A stretch of DNA of 42,671 nt from Bacteroidales bacterium (GTDB lineage: Bacteria; Bacteroidota; Bacteroidia; Bacteroidales; UBA12077). The translations under genes and the position numbers were made by a program. The notes under the pieces were generated by a model that was given only the letters and a program-made list of their open reading frames with translations, was not told where the DNA came from and searched no databases. The DNA lies in the NCBI GenBank assembly GCA_028282585.1, contig JANQHR010000082.1, forward strand, positions 1 to 42,671, read 5' to 3'. Positions 1 through 8,224 of the stretch are shown in pieces (within the stretch, counting starts at the first letter, position 1; each line of letters opens with the position of its first letter).

Positions 1-211
1 TGATGAGCATCAGTTCTTTACACATAAAATCAACTATATAATTTAGCACAGGTCGTTGTCTGGTAAATTGATAAGCGTGCATTTTTCTTTTATTCAATAT
101 ATATTTCCATAAACAACATTCGGCTTTTGTCATTGAATTACGAAGTTCTCTGGCACGAAATTGAAGTTGTTTGTTATAATGGTAGTTATTTGCTTTAGAT
201 GCCTTTTGCAT
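1..211 (-). CDS. DUF559 / Vsr-like endonuclease-domain protein, 5' part (runs off window start)
   Basis: Manual translation from ATG at 211: MQKASKANNYHYNKQLQFRARELRNSMTKAECCLWKYILNKRKMHAYQFTRQRPVLNYIVDFMCKELMLI. ARELR-x-MT-x-AE-x-LW ... F-x-RQ-x-P ... YIVDF-x-C is the DUF559 signature. Not in the ORF track. Confidence 0.85.
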   Translation of the reverse strand, partial: MQKASKANNYHYNKQLQFRARELRNSMTKAECCLWKYILNKRKMHAYQFTRQRPVLNYIVDFMCKELMLI

Positions 212-254
212 AATTTAAATATAATTATTTTCTGTTAATTCTACCCCCTTTTAA

Positions 255-273
255 TTCCCCCTCATAGGGGGAA
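255..273. repeat. GC-rich REP-like hairpin TTCCCCCT-CAT-AGGGGGAA upstream of the DUF559 gene
   Basis: Perfect 8-bp inverted repeat with a 3-nt loop, preceded by a second C-run (ACCCCCT at 243-249), in otherwise AT-rich DNA. Confidence 0.6.
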
Positions 274-495
274 ATAAGATGTAGTTTTTATTTTACTTCT
301 TTTTGTTGGCAGACAGGTTTTATGGTAAGTGGCAAGGAATAAGATCAATACAAAATGTATTCTGGTATTTTTTGTAATTGCTTACTTGCTTTTTTATTGG
401 AAGAAATATATGTGTCCACCATAAGGAAAAATAAGTATGACCCCTCGTAATTGGGCAAATGAAATGTTTATTGTAAAGTAAAAGTATTAAAACAA

Positions 496-1398
496 TTATT
501 GGATAGTTCCAAGTAAACCTTTTGCCTGGTAATTCTTAATAACCTCAGGATCGTGATTAGGAATAATGAAAATATCTTCGGATTGGTTCAGATTGTGAAG
601 CCAGCGGATCAGATGTCCTATTTTTTTTATGTTTTCGCCACCAAATAAGGTTGCCAGAAACGGCCTGTTTTTTAAAAGTTCTATATTGGCAAAATTCCAT
701 ATAATATTACCGGCTAACAGGTATTCATTTCCATTCTGAAGTTTTATATAAATCATTTGATGTCCTCGGCTATGTCCGGGAGATTCTATTAAAACAATCC
801 CGGGAGAGATCATAAAGCAATGTTTATAATCTAATACTTCTACATTAAATAAAAATTGACTGGTTAATCCTAATTTCTTTATTTTAGAGCTGTTAAATTG
901 CTTTTTTGTAATTAAAATCCTATCTGTTAAAGTTTCTGAATTTGGTAAATAAACCAATCCACCCATATGGTCCTCAAGTTCGTCTGTAAACAATATCAAG
1001 TCGGCATTTAACAATGCTTTTTGCTGTGTTTTAAAATTATCTCTTAAAAACTTTTTACCATATTTGAATTCAATGAATTGTTGTTCGCTCATAGGTGCGT
1101 CGATCATTACGGTCCTGTCGCTATAAACAAGCTGAAATGATGTTAGAACTGATTTATTGGGAATGTCTTTTTCTCCTGCAGCAATAGTCCATGGAATAAG
1201 TTCGCCTTCGCCCGTAACTATTGTATTAATCGCAACAGGTAAATCGGAATCAGAACCAAATAGTTCACGAACCTCATTTATATCAATTTGAAAATTCGAT
1301 TCTTTTGGGATATACGAATAATTAAACAGGAAGTACTTTGCAATTAAGGCAAGTACAATACTGATAGTTATTCTTATATATAGTTTCCTTCTTTTCAT
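496..1398 (-). CDS. Metallo-beta-lactamase-fold protein with N-terminal membrane anchor and degenerate metal motif
   Basis: VMIDAP, DHMGGL, SPGHSRGHQ, LLAGN and IPNHD motifs in MBL order. HxHxDH reads DELEDH. Confidence 0.8.
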   Translation of the reverse strand: MKRRKLYIRITISIVLALIAKYFLFNYSYIPKESNFQIDINEVRELFGSDSDLPVAINTIVTGEGELIPWTIAAGEKDIPNKSVLTSFQLVYSDRTVMIDAPMSEQQFIEFKYGKKFLRDNFKTQQKALLNADLILFTDELEDHMGGLVYLPNSETLTDRILITKKQFNSSKIKKLGLTSQFLFNVEVLDYKHCFMISPGIVLIESPGHSRGHQMIYIKLQNGNEYLLAGNIIWNFANIELLKNRPFLATLFGGENIKKIGHLIRWLHNLNQSEDIFIIPNHDPEVIKNYQAKGLLGTIQ

Positions 1399-1491
1399 TT
1401 GTTTAATCTAATTTGGTTTTTTATTCGTGGTGCGTTTACTAAGTACTCCCGAAGATAAAAAAGTTACTTTATCTTTATCGTAAGTAAACTT

Positions 1492-1499
1492 CAAATTTA
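1492..1499 (-). promoter_or_regulatory. Bacteroidota -7 promoter box (TAAATTTG) for the MBL-fold gene
   Basis: Exact TAnnTTTG on the minus strand ~95 bp upstream of the start codon. Confidence 0.45.
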
Positions 1500-1789
1500 G
1501 TTTATTCAAAATAAATACTAATTTTTCTATGTTATTTAAATTATTCGGAAATTCAGCTTTATGCTCAATTCCTTTTGAGTTTAGCATAGTGATATTTTTA
1601 TTATTTAAATCAACAAGTTAACAGTAGTAAACGTTCAAAATTAATGTTTAAAAAATTCATTATGGTTGATGATGATCAAAAAACAATCTGACCTTACTAA
1701 TTTTACCCGTATTAGTTAGGACAACTATTTTAATCCTATAATTTGTACTTTAAAATATATAATCAACTTAGAAATAGAAGCCAATGCAA

Positions 1790-2578
1790 TTAAATTGCAT
1801 CAGCTAATAATTCTTCAAGGTAGGGCTTTATCCTGAATTCAGTACTTACCTTTTTATATTCTTCATCATGATCTATGTTTTGTTTAAAGCCCTTTTTTAT
1901 AGCCCGTACCATGGTGTTTTTGTCCGTGTAACGCGATGAAACAAAGTCGAAAATGTCTACTTTGTATCCTGATTTTTCTAGTAAGATTGCACGCAATGAA
2001 TCGGCAATCATCATTAATGTTTTATCGCGAAAAGCTTTGTGCCTTGTAATTGATTTTAGTGAATTACTTTTCAATTTAAGCGAACTCTGGCAACAAGCCA
2101 CGGATAAAATTGTTTTAGCATTGCAACGAATACCCAAATGCATGGTTTTGTCAGTGGCTGTATCGCATGCATGCAATGAATAAACCATATCAACGGGTTT
2201 GTCAAGTGTAAAGTTGACAATATCTGACGCATGAAAATACATATTTGTGAATCCCATATCCCGGGCTAATTTTCTTTTGCTTTCCATTAGTTTTTTATTG
2301 TAATCAATACAATGGATCTCAATATTTCTTTGCTCAATCTTTTCGTAAAAATAATAGGCTAGAAGGCTAAGGTAACAATTACCTGCCCCGCTATCGACTA
2401 TAACTGTTTTTTTCTTTTTTGATGATTTTCGAATCTCGGAATGTATAATTTCCATATAGGCAAGTATTTGCTCTATTTTAACAGTTTTATCCAGGGATAC
2501 CTGGGAACTTCTGTTTTTAAGTTTCAATACATAAAATATATCATCAAGTTTTTCTCTAATTTCTCTATTTATTAACAT
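1790..2578 (-). CDS. Class I SAM-dependent methyltransferase (Methyltransf_32-like)
   Basis: IVDSGAGNCYL glycine-rich SAM motif, SLHACDTATD and SVACC motifs. Confidence 0.85.
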   Translation of the reverse strand: MLINREIREKLDDIFYVLKLKNRSSQVSLDKTVKIEQILAYMEIIHSEIRKSSKKKKTVIVDSGAGNCYLSLLAYYFYEKIEQRNIEIHCIDYNKKLMESKRKLARDMGFTNMYFHASDIVNFTLDKPVDMVYSLHACDTATDKTMHLGIRCNAKTILSVACCQSSLKLKSNSLKSITRHKAFRDKTLMMIADSLRAILLEKSGYKVDIFDFVSSRYTDKNTMVRAIKKGFKQNIDHDEEYKKVSTEFRIKPYLEELLADAI

Positions 2579-2838
2579 AATATGCCTGGTTTAAAGTTGG
2601 TATCCGAGGCAATTCATAATGTAATAAGACTAGTGTTTTAAATATTAAAAGTATTTTTGATAATCGAATAATCTAATTACATCTATTTGCCTCAATAAAA
2701 ATTGATTAAAATTGAATGAGTTATAATGCTATAGCTGAGAGTGCTATGCAAAATAACCTTATGTAATTAAATCATTCGTTCCCAAGCCATTCTATGAATG
2801 TATGGGGCGGTTTCCCGGCTGTAGTTTAAATTATGGTA

Positions 2839-2846
2839 CAAATGTA
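2839..2846 (-). promoter_or_regulatory. -7 promoter box (TACATTTG) giving a ~255-nt leader before the methyltransferase
   Basis: Exact TAnnTTTG on the minus strand, immediately upstream of a GC-rich structured segment. Confidence 0.55.
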
Positions 2847-2960
2847 GAACAATTATTTACCATTATCAATTGATGATAATCAAGAATTTTGTTTAAACGG
2901 GCACTTATTTTTTATTTAAAACGATGTAAACGAATAATAAAAAGTAGCTTATTATCGTGT

Positions 2961-3419
2961 CTAGGTTTTATCCTGAAAATATTTCTGAATTCTTTTAAAA
3001 TGGTCTTTTTCATCTCCATTTAAACTTTGGAAAAGGTGTAAAATACCATCATCTGTAACTTTGCTCATAAATTTCTGATAGTTTTTTTCAACGAATGATT
3101 TTTCTATTTCGAGCCCTATTTTACAAGCCATTTTTTGGGTGGGGTTTTCTTTAAATTTAGTAAATAGCTTTTTAAGATGACGGCGGGTCTGTTTAATAAA
3201 GTTAATATCCTTAATGGAAATAATATCAATTATTTTACTGTCACCCTGGTAAAATTGTTTAATTTTTCGTAAAACTGAGGTGTGGTTTAGTTCTTCTTCT
3301 GCGAGCGTTTTCCAAAACTCTGAATCATTTTCAAAAGTTTCAGAAAATAAATGATACATGTTATACGCGTCCAGTTCAAAATTAATCGACTCATCAAGAA
3401 TCTGTTGTATGTTACCCAT
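2961..3419 (-). CDS. Ferritin-like / rubrerythrin-family four-helix protein
   Basis: E-x6-Y, EELNH, LEIE and DEKDH diiron-type ExxH motifs in two repeats. Confidence 0.75.
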   Translation of the reverse strand: MGNIQQILDESINFELDAYNMYHLFSETFENDSEFWKTLAEEELNHTSVLRKIKQFYQGDSKIIDIISIKDINFIKQTRRHLKKLFTKFKENPTQKMACKIGLEIEKSFVEKNYQKFMSKVTDDGILHLFQSLNGDEKDHFKRIQKYFQDKT

Positions 3420-3497
3420 TGCTAAAAATTCAATTATACTACAAGTGTAACGGTGTATTTGCCAGATTGTTTAAAATATGCTATTTACGCAAAGATA

Positions 3498-3872
3498 TTA
3501 TACAGTTAATTCAATTTGATTTCCTTCAGGATCCAGAATTACACTTTCGAAGTACCCATCACCGGTTGTACGGGGCTCATCAAAAATGGTGTAATTATCT
3601 TTTCTTAGTTTTTCGGTTAACTCTAACACTTTTTCTTTACTTCCTATAGAAATGGCTAAATGCGCAAATCCAATTTTAGTTTTTTCTCCAAATACTTCAG
3701 GTTGATGCATAATTTCAATGCGTGATCCATTTTCAAAAGAAAGAAAGTATGAGGTGAAATTTTTTAACGGATTATGATATTTCTTGCCATAATTCATATT
3801 AAAGTAGTAGGAATAAAACTGCTTCATCCTTTCCAAATCTTTTACCCAAATGGCTACATGTTCAATTTTCAT
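3498..3872 (-). CDS. VOC family (glyoxalase/bleomycin resistance) protein
   Basis: KIEHVAIWVKDLE, AHLAIS and GDGYFESVILDPEGNQIEL motifs. Confidence 0.9.
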   Translation of the reverse strand: MKIEHVAIWVKDLERMKQFYSYYFNMNYGKKYHNPLKNFTSYFLSFENGSRIEIMHQPEVFGEKTKIGFAHLAISIGSKEKVLELTEKLRKDNYTIFDEPRTTGDGYFESVILDPEGNQIELTV

Positions 3873-3878
3873 GACATT

Positions 3879-4451
3879 TTAATCAATTTGAATATCGTAT
3901 TTGTTTAGTAAACCTGAAAGGTTATTGATAGAAAACCGAGCCTTTTTGATTTTATTGTTTTCCGGATCAATTGTAAAATTGAATGCTGTTCTTAAATCAA
4001 CATTTTCCAACAGAGTATTTTCAAAAATTGCACCGTTCAGATCACAATTATCAAAAACAGCATGGCTTAAATCGCAAAGCGCAAAATCAATCTCGATTAA
4101 CTGACAACTCTTAAATCGGGTATTCTTGATTTTCATTTCATAAAATGAAGAATGGGTTAACGTACAGTTCTCAAATCGGAATGATAATCCAAAATCGTTA
4201 CAATCGTTGAAATGCAATCCAAGCATTTTACAATCCTTAAAACTTACGTCCTGAAATGCGGTTTTGTTAATATTGGACATACTAAGATTACACGCGTTAA
4301 AATCACAACCTGTAAATAATATTTCAGAAATATCAGCTTTTGAAAAATCACAGTTTTTAAAGATGCAATTTTCGTATTCGCCTTTTTCTAATGGTGTTTT
4401 GGCAAAACTTATATTGTTAAAAGTTTCTTCGTCTTTATATACTGGTAGCAT
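3879..4451 (-). CDS. Pentapeptide repeat protein
   Basis: Continuous [NDSCA]-x-F/L-x-x pentapeptide periodicity (NCIFKNCDFSKADIS, CDLSHAVFDNCDLNGAIFE). Confidence 0.9.
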   Translation of the reverse strand: MLPVYKDEETFNNISFAKTPLEKGEYENCIFKNCDFSKADISEILFTGCDFNACNLSMSNINKTAFQDVSFKDCKMLGLHFNDCNDFGLSFRFENCTLTHSSFYEMKIKNTRFKSCQLIEIDFALCDLSHAVFDNCDLNGAIFENTLLENVDLRTAFNFTIDPENNKIKKARFSINNLSGLLNKYDIQID

Positions 4452-4465
4452 AATAGTTTTAAGAT

Positions 4466-5311
4466 TTACAGTTGTTTGATCATCTCAAATTGTTTACCAC
4501 TTAATGCAATAGAATTTGATTCCATAAATTTACTGATTGTGTTGCAACGGGTATCGGTATTTATACATTTTATTGAGTTGAATTGATTTATTTTCATAAT
4601 TTCTGCTAACAGGTTGGTGCCTATGCCCTTTCTGCGGTTATCTTTATCAACTGCTAATAGTGTTATATCGCCGGATTTCGTTTCCATAACACAGAATCCT
4701 ACAACTTTATTATGAAGGAAAGCTGCAATTGCTTTAAATTCTTTCGTATTTCTTTTTATCGATTCGAAACTATTTTGCCATGAGGGAATGAAATCAAAAT
4801 AGCTTTTATAGTTTTCTATTTTATCTAATTCTATGGATTTTATTTCGGTTGAGCCATTATATTTAACTTTAAAGTCTTTATTATCTTGAATGTAGTAGTT
4901 AAACTCTCTGGTAATTTCAAACCCCAACTTTTTGTAAAGTGAAACAGCTTTGGTATTGTGTTGTAAAACTTCAAGTAAATATTGCCTAACACCGGCTTCT
5001 TTAAGAAATGGTGTTGAATGCTCGAAAATTTTCGTCGCCAATCCCTTTCCCCGGTGTTCCTTCATAGTTCCTGTACCGGTATCGTAGGCAGTTTGTATTC
5101 CATTGAAGTTTCCGATACCATTAAATGTAAAAGCTACCAGCTTGTTACTATCAAATGCTCCAAACGATAATTCGGGAACAAAGCCTCTGCGTACCAACAT
5201 TCTTTCCAACTCTTCTATTTCTAATTGCATTTCATAATTGGCAAAAGCATTCTTGAAGGAATTAAATAAATCATCAAAACCGATATTTTTAAGTGAGTTT
5301 AGTTTGTACAT
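4466..5311 (-). CDS. Tandem-domain GNAT acetyltransferase
   Basis: Two acetyl-CoA motifs (HRGKGLA, NRRKGIG) and LEV..N..A..LY.KLGF. Start set at ATG 5311 (MYKL); the ORF extends to 5344. Confidence 0.85.
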   Translation of the reverse strand: MYKLNSLKNIGFDDLFNSFKNAFANYEMQLEIEELERMLVRRGFVPELSFGAFDSNKLVAFTFNGIGNFNGIQTAYDTGTGTMKEHRGKGLATKIFEHSTPFLKEAGVRQYLLEVLQHNTKAVSLYKKLGFEITREFNYYIQDNKDFKVKYNGSTEIKSIELDKIENYKSYFDFIPSWQNSFESIKRNTKEFKAIAAFLHNKVVGFCVMETKSGDITLLAVDKDNRRKGIGTNLLAEIMKINQFNSIKCINTDTRCNTISKFMESNSIALSGKQFEMIKQL

Positions 5312-5351
5312 TTTATTTTTTTTGTTATTGGCAATCCAATGCAAAATAGAA

Positions 5352-5534
5352 CTATTTGTTTTTATTTGAGAGAATTGAGGTGGTAATAAGGCCTAAACCT
5401 ATTCCTGCTAACAAACAGCCTACAAAGATTAGTACATTTGTTTGAAGAAAAAAGAATCCGACGCCTAATCCAATTAAAGTTCCACCTCCAATTGCCCAGG
5501 TGCTTTTATCCTCATAGCTTTCATTTGGTTTCAT
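5352..5534 (-). CDS. Small two-TM glycine-rich membrane protein
   Basis: 60 aa, two hydrophobic GxxxG helices, 1 bp from the upstream gene. Confidence 0.7.
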   Translation of the reverse strand: MKPNESYEDKSTWAIGGGTLIGLGVGFFFLQTNVLIFVGCLLAGIGLGLITTSILSNKNK

Positions 5535-5535
5535 T

Positions 5536-6657
5536 TTATACCTCCGGTTTTTTTATTAATGTATAATCTTGTTTTACTTCTGTTATTATGAGTTGCTCAT
5601 TTAATGGTTTTAAGCCAAACAATGGCCGTATAAAGTTAATCCTTCTAATTATCAATTCATATAGTCCGAAACTTCCTATGTAAGTTATCAATACGCTTAA
5701 TATAAGCTTGATGATTGCCGGTACTTCCATTGGAAACACAAGCATGGAAGCCAGGTATAAAAATATCATGTGAACAATGTAAACCGGATAAACTGCCTGG
5801 CTTAGGTAACTTAAAGTATTACTAGGTCGATTTAAATATTTATATGCAAATCCGAATGCAGTGAATACCCACAGAACAGATTCGATGGCAGAAATGTAAT
5901 TCGGAGCCTCTAAATTAAAAATGCGTAGTCTTATTGTAAAAGAAGCTACAGATAGTATGAAATACAACCATCTCCATTTAAGAACTGTATTCCAAAATGT
6001 TTTGCCACTTACTACAAAAGTAAAACCAAATAGAAATGCTATTAATCCTACTACAAAGCCGTGTAATGTAAGGGCATATAGGGTATAAAATTGTGGTTTT
6101 ATTAGAACCGTTTCTATTACAAAAATCAGTGCCACAATTAATAAACTAAACGGATTTCCGTAAAGCCATTTAAGCGTTTTAACTACTTTTCCTTCCTGGT
6201 TTCTTTTGAAATAAAAGAATAGAGGTAACAAAAGTATAACGTAAATAAATATGTTGGCTAAAAACCATAGGTGACTTCTGCTTGGGATGTAAGACAAATC
6301 CTGGTTATAATAACTTTGCCATATAAGGGTATGTATGGGAACGATTAATAAGACCCCAAATATAAAGGGAACTAAAATTCTCTTGGTTCTTTCCAAAACA
6401 AGTTGCTTAAAGTTTCTTTTTCCAATAGCAAAACTTACACCCATTCCTGAAACAAAAAATAACAAAGGAATTCTCCAAACATTGAGCATACTCATAGGTG
6501 CCCATAATGTATTAATCGGATCATCATTTTGTATAAACATGATAAGAACCCCCCATGGTTGAAACCCTATTCCAATATGGTAAATTAAAAGCAATCCGAT
6601 TGCAATTACCCTTAACCAGTCTATATCGTATCTTCTGTTAATTTCTAAAGTTTTCAT
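5536..6657 (-). CDS. Acyltransferase family 3 (OpgC/MdoC-like) membrane protein
   Basis: RRYDIDWLR..A..LL..YH, PLLFFVSG, HLWFL and YPVYIVH motifs; about 10 TM helices. Confidence 0.88.
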   Translation of the reverse strand: MKTLEINRRYDIDWLRVIAIGLLLIYHIGIGFQPWGVLIMFIQNDDPINTLWAPMSMLNVWRIPLLFFVSGMGVSFAIGKRNFKQLVLERTKRILVPFIFGVLLIVPIHTLIWQSYYNQDLSYIPSRSHLWFLANIFIYVILLLPLFFYFKRNQEGKVVKTLKWLYGNPFSLLIVALIFVIETVLIKPQFYTLYALTLHGFVVGLIAFLFGFTFVVSGKTFWNTVLKWRWLYFILSVASFTIRLRIFNLEAPNYISAIESVLWVFTAFGFAYKYLNRPSNTLSYLSQAVYPVYIVHMIFLYLASMLVFPMEVPAIIKLILSVLITYIGSFGLYELIIRRINFIRPLFGLKPLNEQLIITEVKQDYTLIKKPEV

Positions 6658-6705
6658 GGTTTTTAGTTTAAAGTGATTTTATAACATCGAATTGCTTTCA
6701 GATTT

Positions 6706-7296
6706 TTACTTAAGAATCTCAGCAATAACAGGACGAGTTTCTTTAATTCGCTCCATATCCAATTTCAATCCAAGTGGGGCTAATTGTTTTGCAATTTGCT
6801 CGTAAAAAGGTTTTACCTGGTCAAATGGACCAGAAACTGACTGCAATGCTGTCGATTCATAGGTGTTTTTTGCATTTTTATCAGCCCCTTTGGCTAAAAG
6901 CGCTTTTACAATTTCGGTTCTGCAAAAGAATGCAGCAGTGTGCAGTGGAGTTGACCCTTCATTGTTGGTTGTGGTTAAGTCAGCTCCACCTTCAATTAGT
7001 GCAATTGCAATTGAAGTTTTTCCGAATGTAGCCGCAATATTTAATGGTGTTGAACCGTACTGATCTTTAACATTAAGATCGGTACCTGCAGCGATGTGTT
7101 GTTTAACGGCATCAAGATTACCAATAAAAGCAGCTGTGTGAATATCCATGGCCGGGGCTTTCACCTCTTTTTCTGTTTTGGAGGTTTCTTTATCTGCAGT
7201 TTTGTTTTGCGCATTTCCGCATGACCCAAATGCAATTAGGGCAATACTGGTTGCAATTGCTAAAGATTTCATTTTGTTTGTTTTAAGTGTTTTCAT
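6706..7296 (-). CDS. Ankyrin-repeat lipoprotein
   Basis: Lipobox FGSC after a hydrophobic stretch; three to four ankyrin repeats (GSTPLNIAA, GSTPLHTAA). Confidence 0.88.
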   Translation of the reverse strand: MKTLKTNKMKSLAIATSIALIAFGSCGNAQNKTADKETSKTEKEVKAPAMDIHTAAFIGNLDAVKQHIAAGTDLNVKDQYGSTPLNIAATFGKTSIAIALIEGGADLTTTNNEGSTPLHTAAFFCRTEIVKALLAKGADKNAKNTYESTALQSVSGPFDQVKPFYEQIAKQLAPLGLKLDMERIKETRPVIAEILK

Positions 7297-7315
7297 AGTT
7301 AATTTGTATTAAATG

Positions 7316-7906
7316 TTAGAAGTTATTTTCATAGTTTGTATATACCCGTTTTTTAATTCTACAAAGTGATTCTGGTGATATGCCTAAAAAAGACGCAATG
7401 TGTTGTTGTGGTACTCTTTGAAATAAAGTATTATTCGTTTCCATTAGATTTAAAAATCTTTCTTTAGGGCTAAGAGTTATAAACTTCTCAATTAATAGTT
7501 GTGATTCGATTAACTCTTTTTCCTTAGCATTGCGAACGATTATTTCAAAATTGATTGAGAAACTAATGAGTTCGCGGATTATATCTTTATTGATCTCTAT
7601 CAAAACAGTATCTTCAATGGCTTCAAAGTTTTTTTGAGTTAGCACTGTACGTTTTAAACTGGTACTTGTCCAAATAAAACTTCCCTCATTATAAAAGAAT
7701 GCTGTTTTATCTTTACCGTCTACATTATAAAATAATCTCGCGCAGCCGTCTATTATGAAATATATATTATGAGGATAATTGCCTTCACGAAGTATGATTT
7801 GATTTTTCTTGAAAAACCTGATTTTGGAATGCTTTTTTAGATAAGTTAACTCCTCATCATTTAGTTTTCCATATGTAGTTATTTGATTTACAAATTTACT
7901 GAACAT
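7316..7906 (-). CDS. Crp/Fnr family transcriptional regulator
   Basis: cNMP-binding beta-roll (ILREG..IYFIIDG) and C-terminal VPQQHIASFLGISPESLCRI helix-turn-helix. Confidence 0.9.
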   Translation of the reverse strand: MFSKFVNQITTYGKLNDEELTYLKKHSKIRFFKKNQIILREGNYPHNIYFIIDGCARLFYNVDGKDKTAFFYNEGSFIWTSTSLKRTVLTQKNFEAIEDTVLIEINKDIIRELISFSINFEIIVRNAKEKELIESQLLIEKFITLSPKERFLNLMETNNTLFQRVPQQHIASFLGISPESLCRIKKRVYTNYENNF

Positions 7907-8009
7907 GACATCCTGGTTTTTAGTTTTGCTTATGTAATTTTTGATAATGTAAAGGTCAGTTAAACCATGATGTGCAACTAATCAACTATGCGGAAATAGT
8001 TATCAAATT

Positions 8010-8070
8010 TGATGTATTGATAAAAAATATGATGTAAACCTATAAATTATGATGCAAGTTATGATGCAAG
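8010..8070. promoter_or_regulatory. Direct-repeat array TGATGYA (8010, 8030, 8050, 8062), candidate AraC-type operator
   Basis: Three copies spaced 20 bp plus a 12-bp tandem duplication TTATGATGCAAG (8047-8070), between the divergent Crp and AraC genes. Confidence 0.55.
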
Positions 8071-8224
8071 GTTCATTAAATCAATAAAATAAATGTTTTG
8101 AAGTTATAGATTTTATCGAGTGAATTTAAATGGGCCTAAGTTCTATGTAAACATTAACAAGCTATTTAATCATTAATTTGTATATTCGCTTAACGTACAA
8201 AACGTGCTAACAGGATTTTAAAAA

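Noticed and set aside
496-1398. Functional beta-lactamase
   Set aside because: The fold is shared by many hydrolases and key zinc ligands are missing.
2733-2745. GCTGAGA suggests a TPP riboswitch
   Set aside because: It is on the wrong strand for the downstream gene and lacks the flanking GGGG, ATACC and CCTGA elements.
2806-2821. AGCCGGGAAACCGCC (minus strand) resembles the cobalamin riboswitch B12 box AGCCAGGAGACCTGCC
   Set aside because: The B12 box lies at the 3' end of the aptamer. Here only AT-rich promoter DNA lies upstream, with no GGGAA/CCCGC/GCCACTG core.
3879-4451. Qnr quinolone-resistance gene
   Set aside because: A pentapeptide fold alone is not diagnostic, and there is no mobile context.
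6657-7926. Repeated AAACTAAAAACCA just upstream of the acyltransferase and Crp start codons
   Set aside because: Explained by the A-rich translation initiation regions typical of Bacteroidota; similar strings precede other genes in the window.
8010-8070. CRISPR-like or iteron array
   Set aside because: Repeats are only 7-12 bp with 12-20 bp period and no cas or rep gene is present; better read as an operator.
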